DNA of 32,000 bases, taken from positions 4,401 through 36,400 of the forward strand of contig NZ_JBATWY010000099.1 in the NCBI RefSeq assembly GCF_049672945.1, read 5' to 3'. This DNA comes from Haloferula sp. (lineage in GTDB: Bacteria; Verrucomicrobiota; Verrucomicrobiia; Verrucomicrobiales; Akkermansiaceae). Below the pieces are notes generated by a model. It did no database searches. It had not been told where the DNA came from and saw only the letters and a program-made list of their open reading frames with translations. Within the stretch, counting starts at the first letter, position 1; each line of letters starts with the position of its first letter. The position numbers and the translations under genes were made by a program. This document shows, piece by piece, positions 1 through 9,831 of the stretch.

Positions 1-1090
1 CCGAGGTCAGATTCGCCACTGGCGGCAGCAGCCAATAGGGCTGGTCATCATTCTGCGGCTCCCACATCCGCTCATTCATCCACGGGCTTGGAGGTGGCTC
101 ACTCAGGCCGATTTGAGCCGCGAAACTGAAGATGGTCTGATGCTCCATGCGCCAGCCGGAATCGCCACCTTCGACGACATGGACGATCCGCGCCTGATCT
201 CCCTGATCCGAGTTATTATCGACCGTGATCGCATTCCCCCACGCATCGAATGCGATCTCCTTGGGATTCCTCAAACCGGTGTGGATGACCTCGAAGTTCG
301 TTCCATCTGGCTCAAATCGGAAGATCGCTCCTTGATCGGGATACTCGTAGGTCTTGCCCTCATTCGTCTTCACGTTGAAGCCGCGGTCGCCGATCGTTCC
401 GTAGATCCTTCCGTCCGGACCGAGCGCGAAGCCATTCAGATCGTGACCGGAAAAGGAAACCCTGACTCCAAAGCCCTCCTCAAGCGTCTCGCGAACCTCC
501 GCCTTGCCATCTCCATCATTGTCGCGGAGAGCATAGATCTTCGGAATGTTTGCGAGGAAAATGGTGCCCTCGTAGGCAAAGACTCCGGCCGCCGTTCCAT
601 CGAGCTGGTCGTTGAAACCATCGGCAAAGACTTCGGACTTGGTGTAGCGACCATCCGCACCCTGATCACTCAATCGCCGAACCACTTCCGAGCGCTCGGT
701 CATTGCCGCCAATGGTGCCTTTTCCCGCCACTTCTCATACATCGCCGCCCGATCCTCGACCGTCTGGCTGCCCATGTCATCGAGCAGCCAGTAGAGCCGG
801 TCACGGTTGTCATCGACTCCGAAGCGAAAACGATGCGTTTCCGTGACGAAGATCGCGCCTGACTCATCGATCGTCAGAGCCGTGGGCGAGGTAATGCCCT
901 CACCTTCATGGTCCGCCACCAGCCGCAAGCTCGTTCCCGGAGGAATCGTCACACCCGGTATGGCGTCGCTTGCAACCAGGCCCTTGACCACTGGCGGGGT
1001 ATCCTTCCCGTTGCCATCCGCATACGGATCCCTCTCGGCTCCATAGGCCGACAGGCTGAGCAAGGTGGCGAGCATCGTTCGGCGCATCAT
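1..1090 (-). CDS. PVC-type putative membrane-bound dehydrogenase / beta-propeller protein, N-terminal part (gene runs off the left edge)
   Basis: Not in the ORF track because it is open to position 1. My translation of the minus strand from ATGATG at 1090 gives MMRRTMLATLLSLSAYGAERDPY..GVTIPPGTSLRLVADHEGEGITSPTALTIDESGAIFVTETHRFRFGVDDNRDRLYW..LRNPKEIAFDAWGNAITVDNNSDQGD..VEGGDSGWRMEH.. with no stop. It has a signal peptide plus the motif pattern I associate with the Pirellula/Verrucomicrobium 'putative membrane-bound dehydrogenase' N-terminal domain. The listed + ORF 113..862 is its antisense shadow. Confidence 0.75.
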   Translation of the reverse strand, partial: MMRRTMLATLLSLSAYGAERDPYADGNGKDTPPVVKGLVASDAIPGVTIPPGTSLRLVADHEGEGITSPTALTIDESGAIFVTETHRFRFGVDDNRDRLYWLLDDMGSQTVEDRAAMYEKWREKAPLAAMTERSEVVRRLSDQGADGRYTKSEVFADGFNDQLDGTAAGVFAYEGTIFLANIPKIYALRDNDGDGKAEVRETLEEGFGVRVSFSGHDLNGFALGPDGRIYGTIGDRGFNVKTNEGKTYEYPDQGAIFRFEPDGTNFEVIHTGLRNPKEIAFDAWGNAITVDNNSDQGDQARIVHVVEGGDSGWRMEHQTIFSFAAQIGLSEPPPSPWMNERMWEPQNDDQPYWLLPPVANLTS

Positions 1091-1229
1091 TCCGCGGAAG
1101 CTAGCCATTTCATCCGCCATGACAACGCTCTGATCACCCCGATCTTGCCATCTGGCAGTCCGACTCCTGCAAATTACGCGTCCCGAATCACTTGCGGCGC
1201 TGCCCATGGCGCTCTAGAACCCCCGCGCC

Positions 1230-2081
1230 ATGGCCGGGTTCTTCTCCTCGCTCTACAATAAAATCTCCAACAAAGCCGAGGTCGACTGGGACGAACTCGA
1301 AGCAGGCCTGATCGCTGCGGACCTCGGTCCCAAGCTCTCCATGGGGATCATCGACCAACTTCAGGACCTCGGTCGGCAAGTCACGGCTGAGGATGTCATC
1401 GACATCACCCGTGCCCGGATTTCCGAAGTCCTGCCCCCCGATTCGCCACCGCCCCTGCCGCTCTCCGGCGACAAGCCTTTCGTCTTTTTCGTCGTCGGGA
1501 TCAATGGCGTCGGAAAAACCACCTCCTGCGCCAAGCTCGCCCACTGGCTGCAAGGCCGGGGAGCGCCGACCGTGCTCGCGGCGGCCGACACCTTTCGCGC
1601 CGCCGCCACCGAACAGCTTCAGCGCTGGGGCGAGCGGCTGGACATTCCAGTCGTCACCGGAGTGCCCAATGCCGACCCCTCCTCGGTCTGCTACACCGCC
1701 CACCAGAAGGCCATCAACGAAGGTGCCAAGTATCTCATCTGCGACACCGCCGGCCGCCTTCATACCCGTCACAACCTGATGGAGGAACTCGCGAAGATCC
1801 GCCGCACGCTCGGCAAACAGGACGAGCATGCCCCCCATCTCACCCTGCTCGTCGTCGACGCCACCACCGGATCGAACGCCATCCAGCAGGCGATCAAGTT
1901 TCACCAAGCATCGCCGCTCGATGGTTTGATCGTCACCAAAATGGACGGCTCTGGGAAAGGCGGCGTGGTGGTCTCGATCTACGATCAACTCAAGATCCCC
2001 GCCCGTTTCGTCGGGACCGGCGAAGAACCCGAGGCCTTTTCCTTGTTCAACAAGAAGAGCTTCATCGAAGAAATGCTTTGA
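1230..2081 (+). CDS. ftsY: signal recognition particle receptor FtsY (short form, NG domain)
   Basis: ATG start. It has the SRP-GTPase motifs GINGVGKTTSCAKLA (G1), DTAGRLH (G3) and TKMDGSGKGG (G4), and ends FVGTGEEPEAFSLF, which is typical of FtsY. Confidence 0.95.
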   Translation: MAGFFSSLYNKISNKAEVDWDELEAGLIAADLGPKLSMGIIDQLQDLGRQVTAEDVIDITRARISEVLPPDSPPPLPLSGDKPFVFFVVGINGVGKTTSCAKLAHWLQGRGAPTVLAAADTFRAAATEQLQRWGERLDIPVVTGVPNADPSSVCYTAHQKAINEGAKYLICDTAGRLHTRHNLMEELAKIRRTLGKQDEHAPHLTLLVVDATTGSNAIQQAIKFHQASPLDGLIVTKMDGSGKGGVVVSIYDQLKIPARFVGTGEEPEAFSLFNKKSFIEEML

Positions 2082-3190
2082 TCCCCCGCGCTCCCATCTC
2101 GATCACCGGATGCGGTGCCCTCAGCGGTTTGGGTCACGACCTTGCCGCTCATCGACTTGCCATCCAAGGTGAACCGACCTGCTTCCGAGCTCTGTCGGGA
2201 ATGCCCGCTGCCCCAGTTGGTTTTGAAGCCCAGCACGCCAGCTGGATTGAACCCCGCTCCCTGCTCAATCATCGCAAGTGGTCGCCCATCAGTGCCGCCG
2301 CCGTCCACGTTGCCCGCGAAGCCCTCGAGTCCTCCGGCTGGTCTCTCGAAGAACGCAAGGACGCCGCGGTGTTCGCAGGCACCAGCCGTGGAGCCGTGGC
2401 CGGATGGATCGAACCCTGGCCCGAGCGGCGAGCCTTCGGTCTGATGGCTGCCAGCAACTCCCTCCCCAGTGAGCCCGCCTCCGCCGTTTCCTCCGAACTT
2501 GGAATCGATGGCCCTTGGCAAGTGCTTTCCAGCGGTTGCTGCGCCGGACTCGATGCCCTCGGCATGGCAGCCCTCTGGCTCGATGCCGGCCTCGCGCAGC
2601 GTGCCCTCGTCATCGCCGTCGATCTTCCCCTCGTCGGCCCCATCCTCGAAGCTTACAAGGCCACCGGCATTCTCTCATTCCGCAATCATTGCGATCCTCT
2701 TTCCATGGAAAGCGACGGCATGATTCCCGCCGAAGGGGCCGCTGCGCTCTGCCTGGAACGAAAGGATTCTCCCTCCGCGCCCAAGCTCGTCGGCTATCTC
2801 TCGGTTGGAGACTGTTCCGATCCCCTGGGTGGAGCGGACGATCATCCCTCGCTTCGCCGGATGATCCGAGAGGCTGCCGACGCCTTGGGAAATCCATGTC
2901 TGGTGATCCCCCACGCCAGCGGCACTCGAAGCCAGGCCATTTCAGAAACCAGCGCCATCAGAGCAACCCTCGGCGCGGACACCATCATGCTTCCCCTCAA
3001 AGCCTGGACCGGTCACACCGTCGGTGCCAGCGGTCTGCTTGAAACCGCCATCATCGCCTCCCAGCTCAACTGCCCGCAGGCCAGCCCATCCATTTTCCCG
3101 ACATCACCTCCACCCGGATCAAGCCTCCTGAAAATTGCTTCGGCGATGGGTGGCAAACACTCACTTGTCGCCCTGCAGTCACCGTCATGA
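2078..3190 (+). CDS. beta-ketoacyl synthase (KAS I/II-like, thiolase fold) family protein
   Basis: TTG start overlapping the ftsY stop. The N-terminus ISITGCGALSGLG resembles KAS. A candidate Cys-His-His triad is present in SSGCCAGLDAL, IPHASGTRSQ and KAWTGHTVGASG. Its stop overlaps the next gene's ATG (ATGA). Confidence 0.8.
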   Translation: MIPRAPISITGCGALSGLGHDLAAHRLAIQGEPTCFRALSGMPAAPVGFEAQHASWIEPRSLLNHRKWSPISAAAVHVAREALESSGWSLEERKDAAVFAGTSRGAVAGWIEPWPERRAFGLMAASNSLPSEPASAVSSELGIDGPWQVLSSGCCAGLDALGMAALWLDAGLAQRALVIAVDLPLVGPILEAYKATGILSFRNHCDPLSMESDGMIPAEGAAALCLERKDSPSAPKLVGYLSVGDCSDPLGGADDHPSLRRMIREAADALGNPCLVIPHASGTRSQAISETSAIRATLGADTIMLPLKAWTGHTVGASGLLETAIIASQLNCPQASPSIFPTSPPPGSSLLKIASAMGGKHSLVALQSPS

Positions 3191-4293
3191 ACGAACTCAG
3201 CATCGAAGTCTCCATCGATGACCAGCGACTCGAGGTCCTGCAGGATGGACGGACCATCCACACCTTCCCGGTCTCCACCGCCGCCAAAGGCGTCGGCTGC
3301 CAGTACGGCAGCTATCGTACCCCAACCGGTCGCTTTCGCATCGCTGAGAAGATTGGAGACGATGCCCCGACCCATACCATTTTCAAAGGCCGGGCGGAAA
3401 GCGGACGATGGGACGGTTGCCCATGCGACCACGATCTCGTCCTCACCCGGATCCTCTGGCTGGATGGCCTCGAACCATCAAATCAGAATACCAAGGACCG
3501 TTACATCTACATCCATGGCACCAATCATGAATCGAAGCTCGGAACCCCCGCCAGTTGGGGCTGCATCCGCATGGCCGCCGAAGATATCATACAACTTTCC
3601 CAACTTGTCGAACCCGGAACCCTCGTGACCATCCACCCACCCACCCAGAGGACAGCAAAGCTCATCTTCTTCGATTGCGACTCCACGCTTTCCACGATCG
3701 AAGGCATTGACGAACTCGGTCGCGCACGAGGACCTGAAGTCTTCGCCAAGGTTGAGGCACTGACCAACGCCGCCATGAACGGACAGATCCCGATCCAGGA
3801 AGTCTTCCCGAAACGCATGGAAATCATCCGCCCGGACCGCGTCCTATGCGACGCAATCGCGGACCTCTATGTGAAAACCATCACTCCGGGGACTGAATCC
3901 GTCATCGCCAAGCTCAAGCAAGCTGGCTGGACACCCGTGATTCTCTCAGGCGGCTTCGCCCCTCTCATCCTGCCTCTGGCGAAGCACCTCGGCATCGATC
4001 ACGTCGAAGCCGTTCCTCTCTCGTTCGACGACGAGGGAAACTACACAGGATTTGATGCCGATTACCCGACCACCCGCAATGGCGGCAAGCCCGAGATCAT
4101 CCGGGAATGGAAGGATGCCCTGCTTCCAGAACGCACCATCATGGTCGGAGATGGGATTTCGGACCTTGAATCACGATCAGAAACCGATCTTTTCGTCGGT
4201 TATGGAGGCGTCGTTTCGCGCGAGGCCGTCCAAGCAAAAGCTGACATATGGATAACCCATATGGGTGATCTCCTTGAAAGAATCGAGCTCTAG
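3187..4293 (+). CDS. fusion protein: N-terminal L,D-transpeptidase (YkuD) catalytic domain + C-terminal PSPH-type phosphoserine phosphatase (HAD)
   Basis: The N-terminal half carries the YkuD signature IYIHGTNHESKLGTPASWGCIRM (His..Cys). The C-terminal half carries HAD motifs FFDCDST (DxDxT), ILSGGF, GGKPE and VGDGISD. It aligns by eye with eukaryote-type PSPH (EGIDELG.., SGGF.., GDGxxD). No N-terminal signal peptide or TM segment is visible. Confidence 0.85.
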   Translation: MNELSIEVSIDDQRLEVLQDGRTIHTFPVSTAAKGVGCQYGSYRTPTGRFRIAEKIGDDAPTHTIFKGRAESGRWDGCPCDHDLVLTRILWLDGLEPSNQNTKDRYIYIHGTNHESKLGTPASWGCIRMAAEDIIQLSQLVEPGTLVTIHPPTQRTAKLIFFDCDSTLSTIEGIDELGRARGPEVFAKVEALTNAAMNGQIPIQEVFPKRMEIIRPDRVLCDAIADLYVKTITPGTESVIAKLKQAGWTPVILSGGFAPLILPLAKHLGIDHVEAVPLSFDDEGNYTGFDADYPTTRNGGKPEIIREWKDALLPERTIMVGDGISDLESRSETDLFVGYGGVVSREAVQAKADIWITHMGDLLERIEL

Positions 4294-4441
4294 CCAACAC
4301 CCTGCAAAAAGACTTGTTTGGCAGCTTTCCCGAATGGATTCAAAAATGCACCAAGATAAATAGTCTCGTGCAATTAAATGGAATCACGGGCACAAGATAC
4401 CACTTGAACCCGCCGGAAACCCGACTTACACATCGGGTGTC

Positions 4442-4786
4442 ATGAGCACCAAGAAGAAAGTTAACTCCGCCAAAGGCCGGAGATATACCCGGGCCGAAAA
4501 GGCCGACATCCTCGCCTACGTGGAGCAAGTCAACTCCCAGAAGGGCCGCGGCGGCCAAAGCGCGGCTTCGAAAAAATTTAAAATCTCCCCGCTGACGATT
4601 TCCAGTTGGATTCGCAGCGGTTACGGCGAATCTAGTGGGATTCCCGCCATGCCCGGAGTTGGCAGCAGCGGGCCGATCGGCAAGAAGCTGGCCAAGCTCC
4701 AGGCCCTGCACGACCAAATCACCCGCATGGAAAAGGAGCTTTCGAAAACGAAAGCCCAGTTCAACGCGCTGAAGAGTTCGCTCTAA
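4442..4786 (+). CDS. small helix-turn-helix protein with C-terminal coiled coil (IS3 OrfA / transposase_8-like HTH, no partner orfB)
   Basis: ATG start after an AT-richer 148-bp spacer. RRYTRAEKADILAYV..SAASKKFKISPLTISSWIRS looks like an HTH, and the C-terminus KLAKLQALHDQITRMEKELSKTKAQFNALK is heptad-like. A Rho-independent terminator follows. Confidence 0.6.
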   Translation: MSTKKKVNSAKGRRYTRAEKADILAYVEQVNSQKGRGGQSAASKKFKISPLTISSWIRSGYGESSGIPAMPGVGSSGPIGKKLAKLQALHDQITRMEKELSKTKAQFNALKSSL

Positions 4787-4807
4787 ATCGGCCTCTGGAT
4801 CTCAACC

Positions 4808-4843
4808 ACCCCCTTTTCGGACTACCCGAATTGGGGGTTTTTC
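4808..4843 (+). terminator. Rho-independent terminator after the HTH gene (lies between convergent genes)
   Basis: The stem ACCCCCTTTTCGG / CCGAATTGGGGGT is imperfect and is followed by a TTTTT run. Confidence 0.6.
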
Positions 4844-4870
4844 GTAGCCCGGCATCATGCCTATTCGGAC

Positions 4871-5389
4871 CTATTGACCGGAAGGGAAGAAGACCTCGGT
4901 CTCGATATCAAACCAAACCACCTCTTCGCCGCTAAACGCAAAACGCCCGAGGAATTTCTGGTCCCGAAGCATCAGGGGAATCCAGTGGATATCATCACTC
5001 CACATCTGATTGAAGGGAATATCGTGAAGCCGGAACCAAATCGGCTTCGCTTCGACGGTCTCCGTCGGAACCCCTTCGAAGTCACGCGCCAGATAGACGT
5101 GACAGAGAATATCAGGAACGTCGGACATCGCAAAATGGAGTTCGCCCACCTTGGTCGGCCTCAGGGCCGTGATCAGCAACTCTTCCTGAGTCTCCCGGAT
5201 CGCGCACTGCAGTGGAGTTTCACCAGGATCGATCTTTCCTCCAGGGCCATTGATTTTTCCCGCGCCGAGCCCCCGCTTCTTCTCAATTAAAAGGATCTCC
5301 CCGTCCTTGATGATGAACATCAGCGTCGCATGCGTGTGACCCCGCCAACTGCCCCAGTCGATCGGTGAGTCTGCCTTGCTGGAGTCCAT
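4871..5389 (-). CDS. NUDIX hydrolase (MutT/8-oxo-dGTPase-like)
   Basis: ATG start. The Nudix box is GPGGKIDPGETPLQCAIRETQEELLI (GX5EX7REUXEEXGU). It lies 12 nt downstream of gcvP on the same strand. Confidence 0.9.
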   Translation of the reverse strand: MDSSKADSPIDWGSWRGHTHATLMFIIKDGEILLIEKKRGLGAGKINGPGGKIDPGETPLQCAIRETQEELLITALRPTKVGELHFAMSDVPDILCHVYLARDFEGVPTETVEAKPIWFRLHDIPFNQMWSDDIHWIPLMLRDQKFLGRFAFSGEEVVWFDIETEVFFPSGQ

Positions 5390-5401
5390 AAGTTCGTTGA
5401 A

Positions 5402-8245
5402 TCAATTCTCCGCGTAGGCTTCGACACTGTCACAGGTGCAGACAAGATTGCGATCGCCGTGGACATTATCAATTCTGGCAACCGCAGGCCAGAACTTGTG
5501 CGTCCTCAACCAATGAAGCGGATAGGCTGCTTGCTCGCGGCTATAGGGATGATTCCAGTCATCGCCGCATACGGCCTCGGCGGGATGCGGCGCATTCTTC
5601 AGCACATTGTCCTTCGCATCCGCATCACCGGAGACCACATCCATGATCTCGCCATGGATGGAAATCAGCGAATCACAGAATCGATCCAACTCCGCCTTCG
5701 ACTCCGACTCGGTCGGCTCGATCATCAGCGTCCCCGCCACCGGCCAACTCATCGTGGGTGAGTGATAGCCATAGTCCATCAGACGCTTGGCCACGTCCTC
5801 CACCGTGATGCCGCTCCGCTCAGCAAGCGGACGCAGATCAATGATGCATTCGTGCGCGACCAGCCCCTTGTTGCCGGTGTAGAGAATTGGGAAACAGGAA
5901 ATCAGGCGCCGTGCCATGTAATTGGCGTTAAGTATCGCGACTTCGGTCGCTTCGGTCAGTCCCGGGCCACCCATCATGGCGATATACATCCATGAGATCG
6001 TATTGATCGAAGCACTGCCCCACGGAGCGGAACACACCGTTCCCTCTTGCGAATCCAGTTCGGCATGACCCGGCAGGAAGGGAACCAACTGCTCCGCCAC
6101 ACCGATCGGTCCGACGCCCGGCCCGCCACCCCCGTGAGGAATGCAGAAGGTCTTGTGAAGATTGAGGTGGCAGACGTCCGCACCAATCCGCCCGGGGCTT
6201 GTCAGTCCCACCTGCGCATTCATGTTGGCACCGTCCATGTAAACCTGCCCGCCCGCCTCATGGATCGCCTCGCAAATCTCAATAATCGTGTCCTCGAAAA
6301 CGCCGTGCGTTGATGGATAAGTCACCATCAGTGCCGCAATCCTTTCACGATGTTCTTCGATCCGTGCCTTGAGGTCATCGACATCGATATTCCCCTGCTC
6401 ATCGCAGCGAACGCCGACCACCCGCATCCCGGTCATCACCGCCGAGGCAGGATTGGTTCCATGGGCCGAAACGGGGATCAGACAGACATCCCGCTCAGTA
6501 TCGCCGCGCGACAAGTGATAGCGTCGAATCGCCAGCAGCCCGGAATACTCACCTTGTGATCCGGCATTCGGCTGCAACGAGACGGCCGCAAATCCGGTAA
6601 TCTCCGCGAGCCAACCCTCAAGTTGGCCAAGCATCTCCCGATAGCCCTCGCTTTGATCCGCAGGCGCGAAAGGATGCACGTTCGCCACTTCGTTCCAACT
6701 GAGCGGAATCATTTCCGAAGTCGCATTGAGCTTCATCGTGCACGAGCCCAGCGGAATCATCGATTCGTTCAGCGCGAGATCCTTCGACTCAAGACGCTTC
6801 ATGTAGCGCAGCATCTCGGTTTCGGTGTGATACGAATTGAAGACCTTCTGCTGCAGAAACTTCGACGTCCGCGCCAGTGAGTCACTCCAAGCCGGACTCG
6901 ACTCCCCTGCGGCCTTCTTCAGCGCCTCAATATCGGTCGTCGCCCCCAGTACCCCGGCGATGAAAACGAGATCTTCAAAGGTGCTCGTCTCGTCGAGGGC
7001 AATCCCCACCCTTGATGCATCGACCTGCCGAAGATTGAAACCCTTGGCCGCCGCCTCCGCGACCACCCGGGCCGCACCCTCGGTCTCGACCGTCAGTGTA
7101 TCGAAAAAGGCGCCCGAGCAAATTTTCACGCCACCAGCGGCAAGAACCGCAGCCAGCGCCCCAGTTTTCCGATTCAGCTCTTGCGCGATCGCCTTCAGTC
7201 CCTGCGGACCGTGATAAACGGCATACATTGATGCCATCACCGCCAGCAGCACCTGCGCGGTGCAGATGTTCGAAGTCGCCTTGTCGCGGCGGATGTGCTG
7301 CTCACGCGTTTGCAGGGCGAGACGGAATCCAGGCCGGCCCCGGGCATCGACGGAAACTCCGATCAATCGCCCGGGGAGCTTGCGCTTGAGCTTGTCGGTG
7401 CAGGCCATGAAACCCGCATGCGGACCACCAAATCCCATGGGGACACCGAATCTCTGACTTGAGCCAATGCAAATGTCCGCACCGAATTCGCCGGGTGGCT
7501 TGAGCAAGGTCAGTGCCAGCAAATCAGAGGCGACGATCCCCGTTCCCTTCGCACCCTTCACCTTGGAAAAGAACTCCGCGAAATCGTCAACCCTCCCACA
7601 GGTGTCGGGATACTGCACGAGTGCCGCGAAAAACCCTTCGCATTCGGCAGGCTCGAACGAACGCCAGTCTCCGACCTCAACCGCGATCCCCAACGGTTCA
7701 GCCCGCGTTTTCACCACATCGATCGTCTGCGGGTGGCAGGCATCGGAAACAAACATCACCCGCCCCTTGGGCGCACCTGTTAGAGCGAGACTCATCGCTT
7801 CCGCCGCGGCAGTCCCTTCGTCGAGCAGCGAGGCATTCGCCACATCGAGACCGGTCAACTCCGTGACCAGCGTTTGAAAATTCAGCAGTGCTTCAAGACG
7901 ACCCTGAGCGATCTCCGCCTGATAGGGAGTGTAAGCGGTGTACCAACCCGGGTTCTCCAGGATATTTCGCTGAATCACGGCAGGCACGTAGGTGCCGTAG
8001 TAGCCCTGCCCGATATAGGACTTCAGCACCCGGTTTTTTCCCATCACCGACTTCAGCCAGGCCAAGGCCTCGGGTTCCGAACGGGCTTCGGGCAAGTCCA
8101 AGGGCTTTTGGGAACGGATTCCGGCCGGAACGGCATCATCGATCAAAGCGGCCAGCGAATCGTAACCGATGGCCTCCAGCATTTCATCGAGATCGGAGCC
8201 CTTCGCTCCCAGGTGGCGGCTGCGAAAATCAGAGTGAACGGTCAT
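5402..8245 (-). CDS. gcvP: glycine dehydrogenase (decarboxylating), glycine cleavage system P protein, single-chain form
   Basis: About 947 aa with typical GcvP blocks: RHLG.., [34 protein letters not shown], and [16 protein letters not shown] containing the PLP lysine. The start is trimmed from the track's TTG (8272) to the ATG at 8245 ([13 protein letters not shown]). This removes the overlap with gcvH. Confidence 0.95.
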   Translation of the reverse strand: MTVHSDFRSRHLGAKGSDLDEMLEAIGYDSLAALIDDAVPAGIRSQKPLDLPEARSEPEALAWLKSVMGKNRVLKSYIGQGYYGTYVPAVIQRNILENPGWYTAYTPYQAEIAQGRLEALLNFQTLVTELTGLDVANASLLDEGTAAAEAMSLALTGAPKGRVMFVSDACHPQTIDVVKTRAEPLGIAVEVGDWRSFEPAECEGFFAALVQYPDTCGRVDDFAEFFSKVKGAKGTGIVASDLLALTLLKPPGEFGADICIGSSQRFGVPMGFGGPHAGFMACTDKLKRKLPGRLIGVSVDARGRPGFRLALQTREQHIRRDKATSNICTAQVLLAVMASMYAVYHGPQGLKAIAQELNRKTGALAAVLAAGGVKICSGAFFDTLTVETEGAARVVAEAAAKGFNLRQVDASRVGIALDETSTFEDLVFIAGVLGATTDIEALKKAAGESSPAWSDSLARTSKFLQQKVFNSYHTETEMLRYMKRLESKDLALNESMIPLGSCTMKLNATSEMIPLSWNEVANVHPFAPADQSEGYREMLGQLEGWLAEITGFAAVSLQPNAGSQGEYSGLLAIRRYHLSRGDTERDVCLIPVSAHGTNPASAVMTGMRVVGVRCDEQGNIDVDDLKARIEEHRERIAALMVTYPSTHGVFEDTIIEICEAIHEAGGQVYMDGANMNAQVGLTSPGRIGADVCHLNLHKTFCIPHGGGGPGVGPIGVAEQLVPFLPGHAELDSQEGTVCSAPWGSASINTISWMYIAMMGGPGLTEATEVAILNANYMARRLISCFPILYTGNKGLVAHECIIDLRPLAERSGITVEDVAKRLMDYGYHSPTMSWPVAGTLMIEPTESESKAELDRFCDSLISIHGEIMDVVSGDADAKDNVLKNAPHPAEAVCGDDWNHPYSREQAAYPLHWLRTHKFWPAVARIDNVHGDRNLVCTCDSVEAYAEN

Positions 8246-8264
8246 CGTATTTGCAAAAAAACAC

Positions 8265-8642
8265 TCAGCCAATCATCGCACTGTAAGCGGCGGCATCCAT
8301 CAGCTTCTCAAGCTGGGATTCGTCCTTCACCTGGATCTTGAAGATCCAGCCCGAGCCATACGGATCAGTATTCACCAGCGCCGGATCCGCCTCCACCGTC
8401 TCGTTCACCTCCACCACCTCACCGGCAATCGGAGAGTAGATGTCACTGGCCGCCTTCACTGATTCCACCACCGCGGTGGGATCTCCGGCATCGACCTGCC
8501 GCCCCACTTCCGGGAGCTCGACAAAGACCACATCGGTGAGCTCTTCCTGCGCATGATCGGAGATCCCGATGGTCGCAATTCCGTCCTCAAAGCGGACCCA
8601 TTCGTGAGAACTGGCGTAGCGGAGATCGTCTGGAGTATTCAT
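8265..8642 (-). CDS. gcvH: glycine cleavage system H protein
   Basis: 125 aa with [39 protein letters not shown] and the lipoyl-lysine motif VESVKAASD. Confidence 0.95.
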   Translation of the reverse strand: MNTPDDLRYASSHEWVRFEDGIATIGISDHAQEELTDVVFVELPEVGRQVDAGDPTAVVESVKAASDIYSPIAGEVVEVNETVEADPALVNTDPYGSGWIFKIQVKDESQLEKLMDAAAYSAMIG

Positions 8643-8654
8643 CGTCTGAAAGGC

Positions 8655-9743
8655 TTATCCTTTGTTCGCTGTCGGTTTGTAAAACGGTTTCTTCACGACC
8701 TGCGCAGGAAAACGTCGGCCGCGAACGTCGATCCACACGGCAGTCCCCAATTTGGCGGACTCGACCGGCAAATAGGCCAAAGCAATCCCATTGCCGAGAC
8801 TCGGAGAAAGCACGCCGCTGCCCAATTCTCCCAACTCCGTCCCGTCCTCCATGACAACCTTGTAGTGCGCCCTCGGAGGAGCCCCCTTCTCCAGATATTC
8901 GAGCGCCACCAGTCGCTGCTTCAGACCCTCTTGCTTCTGACGGGCCAGCACCTCGCGACCGACGAAATCGCCTTTCTCCAGATCCACGAAAAAGCCAAGG
9001 CCCGCTTCCAAAGGCGTCCTCTCGGGCGACAAATCACTGCCATTCAGGGGATAGCACATTTCCAGCCGCAGCGTATCGCGAGCGCCCAGACCACAAGGGG
9101 TGGCCCCAGCTGCGACAAAGGCCTCGAACATCCGCTCGCCCTCATGCGCCGGACAGAAAAACTCAAAGCCATCTTCTCCGGTGTAACCCGTGCGACAAAC
9201 CACCTCATTTTCGGAAAGCTTCGCAATGCCATTCCTCGGTGGCAGCTCCTCGTCAGCAAACAGACGTGCGAAAACCGCCACCGAATCCGGCCCCTGAACC
9301 GCCATGCCTGCCCACTCGTCACTCTCATTCGCCAGTTCCACACCAGCCACCAGATGCCCCTGAAGCCACGCGAAGTCCTCATCGATCATCGAGGCATTCA
9401 CCACCAAGAAGAACTCCTCGGCCGAGACACGATAGAGGATCAGGTCGTCGATGACCCCTCCCTTCTCGTTGAGCATCATCGTGTACTGACCCTGAGCATC
9501 GCCGAGACTTCCGACGTGATTGGTCAGCACTCCGTCGAGCCACTCGCCGGCAGCCACTCCCCGCACCACGAACTGCCCCATGTGCGAAATATCGAAGATC
9601 CCGGCCTTTTCCCGCACCGCCGAATGCTCACTGAGAATCGACGAATACATCACCGGCATGTTCCACCCAGCGAAAGGCACCATTCTCGCTCCCAGCCGCT
9701 CATGCAGCTCCTTTAACGGACTTTCCTGAGTTTCCCCTGACAC
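8655..9743 (-). CDS. gcvT: aminomethyltransferase, glycine cleavage system T protein
   Basis: SPLKELHERLGARMVPFAGWNMPVMY plus the rest of the ORF is typical GcvT. The track ORF begins at a TTG at 9764. I prefer the in-frame GTG at 9743, which is preceded by AAGGTGG. The start is uncertain by 21 nt. Confidence 0.92.
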   Translation of the reverse strand: MSGETQESPLKELHERLGARMVPFAGWNMPVMYSSILSEHSAVREKAGIFDISHMGQFVVRGVAAGEWLDGVLTNHVGSLGDAQGQYTMMLNEKGGVIDDLILYRVSAEEFFLVVNASMIDEDFAWLQGHLVAGVELANESDEWAGMAVQGPDSVAVFARLFADEELPPRNGIAKLSENEVVCRTGYTGEDGFEFFCPAHEGERMFEAFVAAGATPCGLGARDTLRLEMCYPLNGSDLSPERTPLEAGLGFFVDLEKGDFVGREVLARQKQEGLKQRLVALEYLEKGAPPRAHYKVVMEDGTELGELGSGVLSPSLGNGIALAYLPVESAKLGTAVWIDVRGRRFPAQVVKKPFYKPTANKG

Positions 9744-9831
9744 GCAGCCACCTTGAGACGGCAATCCTCAACGTCAAGCCAAGGGGTAACGCTTTCAGCA
9801 GGCCGATGCCAGCCAGTCGACGTCCGCCCCC

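Noticed and set aside
113-862. 249-aa + strand ORF at the left end
   Set aside because: It is antisense to a much better minus-strand reading frame (1..1090) that has a signal peptide and PVC dehydrogenase motifs. Its own sequence is Arg/Ile/Asp-rich with no recognisable motif. This is a typical high-GC shadow ORF.
1188-1988. 266-aa minus-strand ORF
   Set aside because: It is the antisense shadow of ftsY. It has a Gly/Arg/Asp-rich low-complexity composition.
4442-4786. IS3-type insertion sequence suggested by the OrfA-like HTH protein and the AT-rich flank
   Set aside because: There is no orfB or DDE catalytic ORF, no frameshift motif and no terminal inverted repeats that I could find. A terminator follows directly. 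I call it a stand-alone HTH protein only.
8553-9716. 387-aa + strand ORF
   Set aside because: It is entirely antisense to gcvT/gcvH, which have unmistakable family motifs. Its composition is Arg/His/Leu-rich and not protein-like.
9744-9831. Possible glycine riboswitch upstream of gcvT
   Set aside because: gcvTHP operons often carry one, so I read the minus strand here. The spacer between the DUF2132 stop and gcvT is under 90 nt. I could not find the conserved glycine-aptamer core (the ..ACCGAAGGGGCAA..-type segment). An Infernal scan would settle it.
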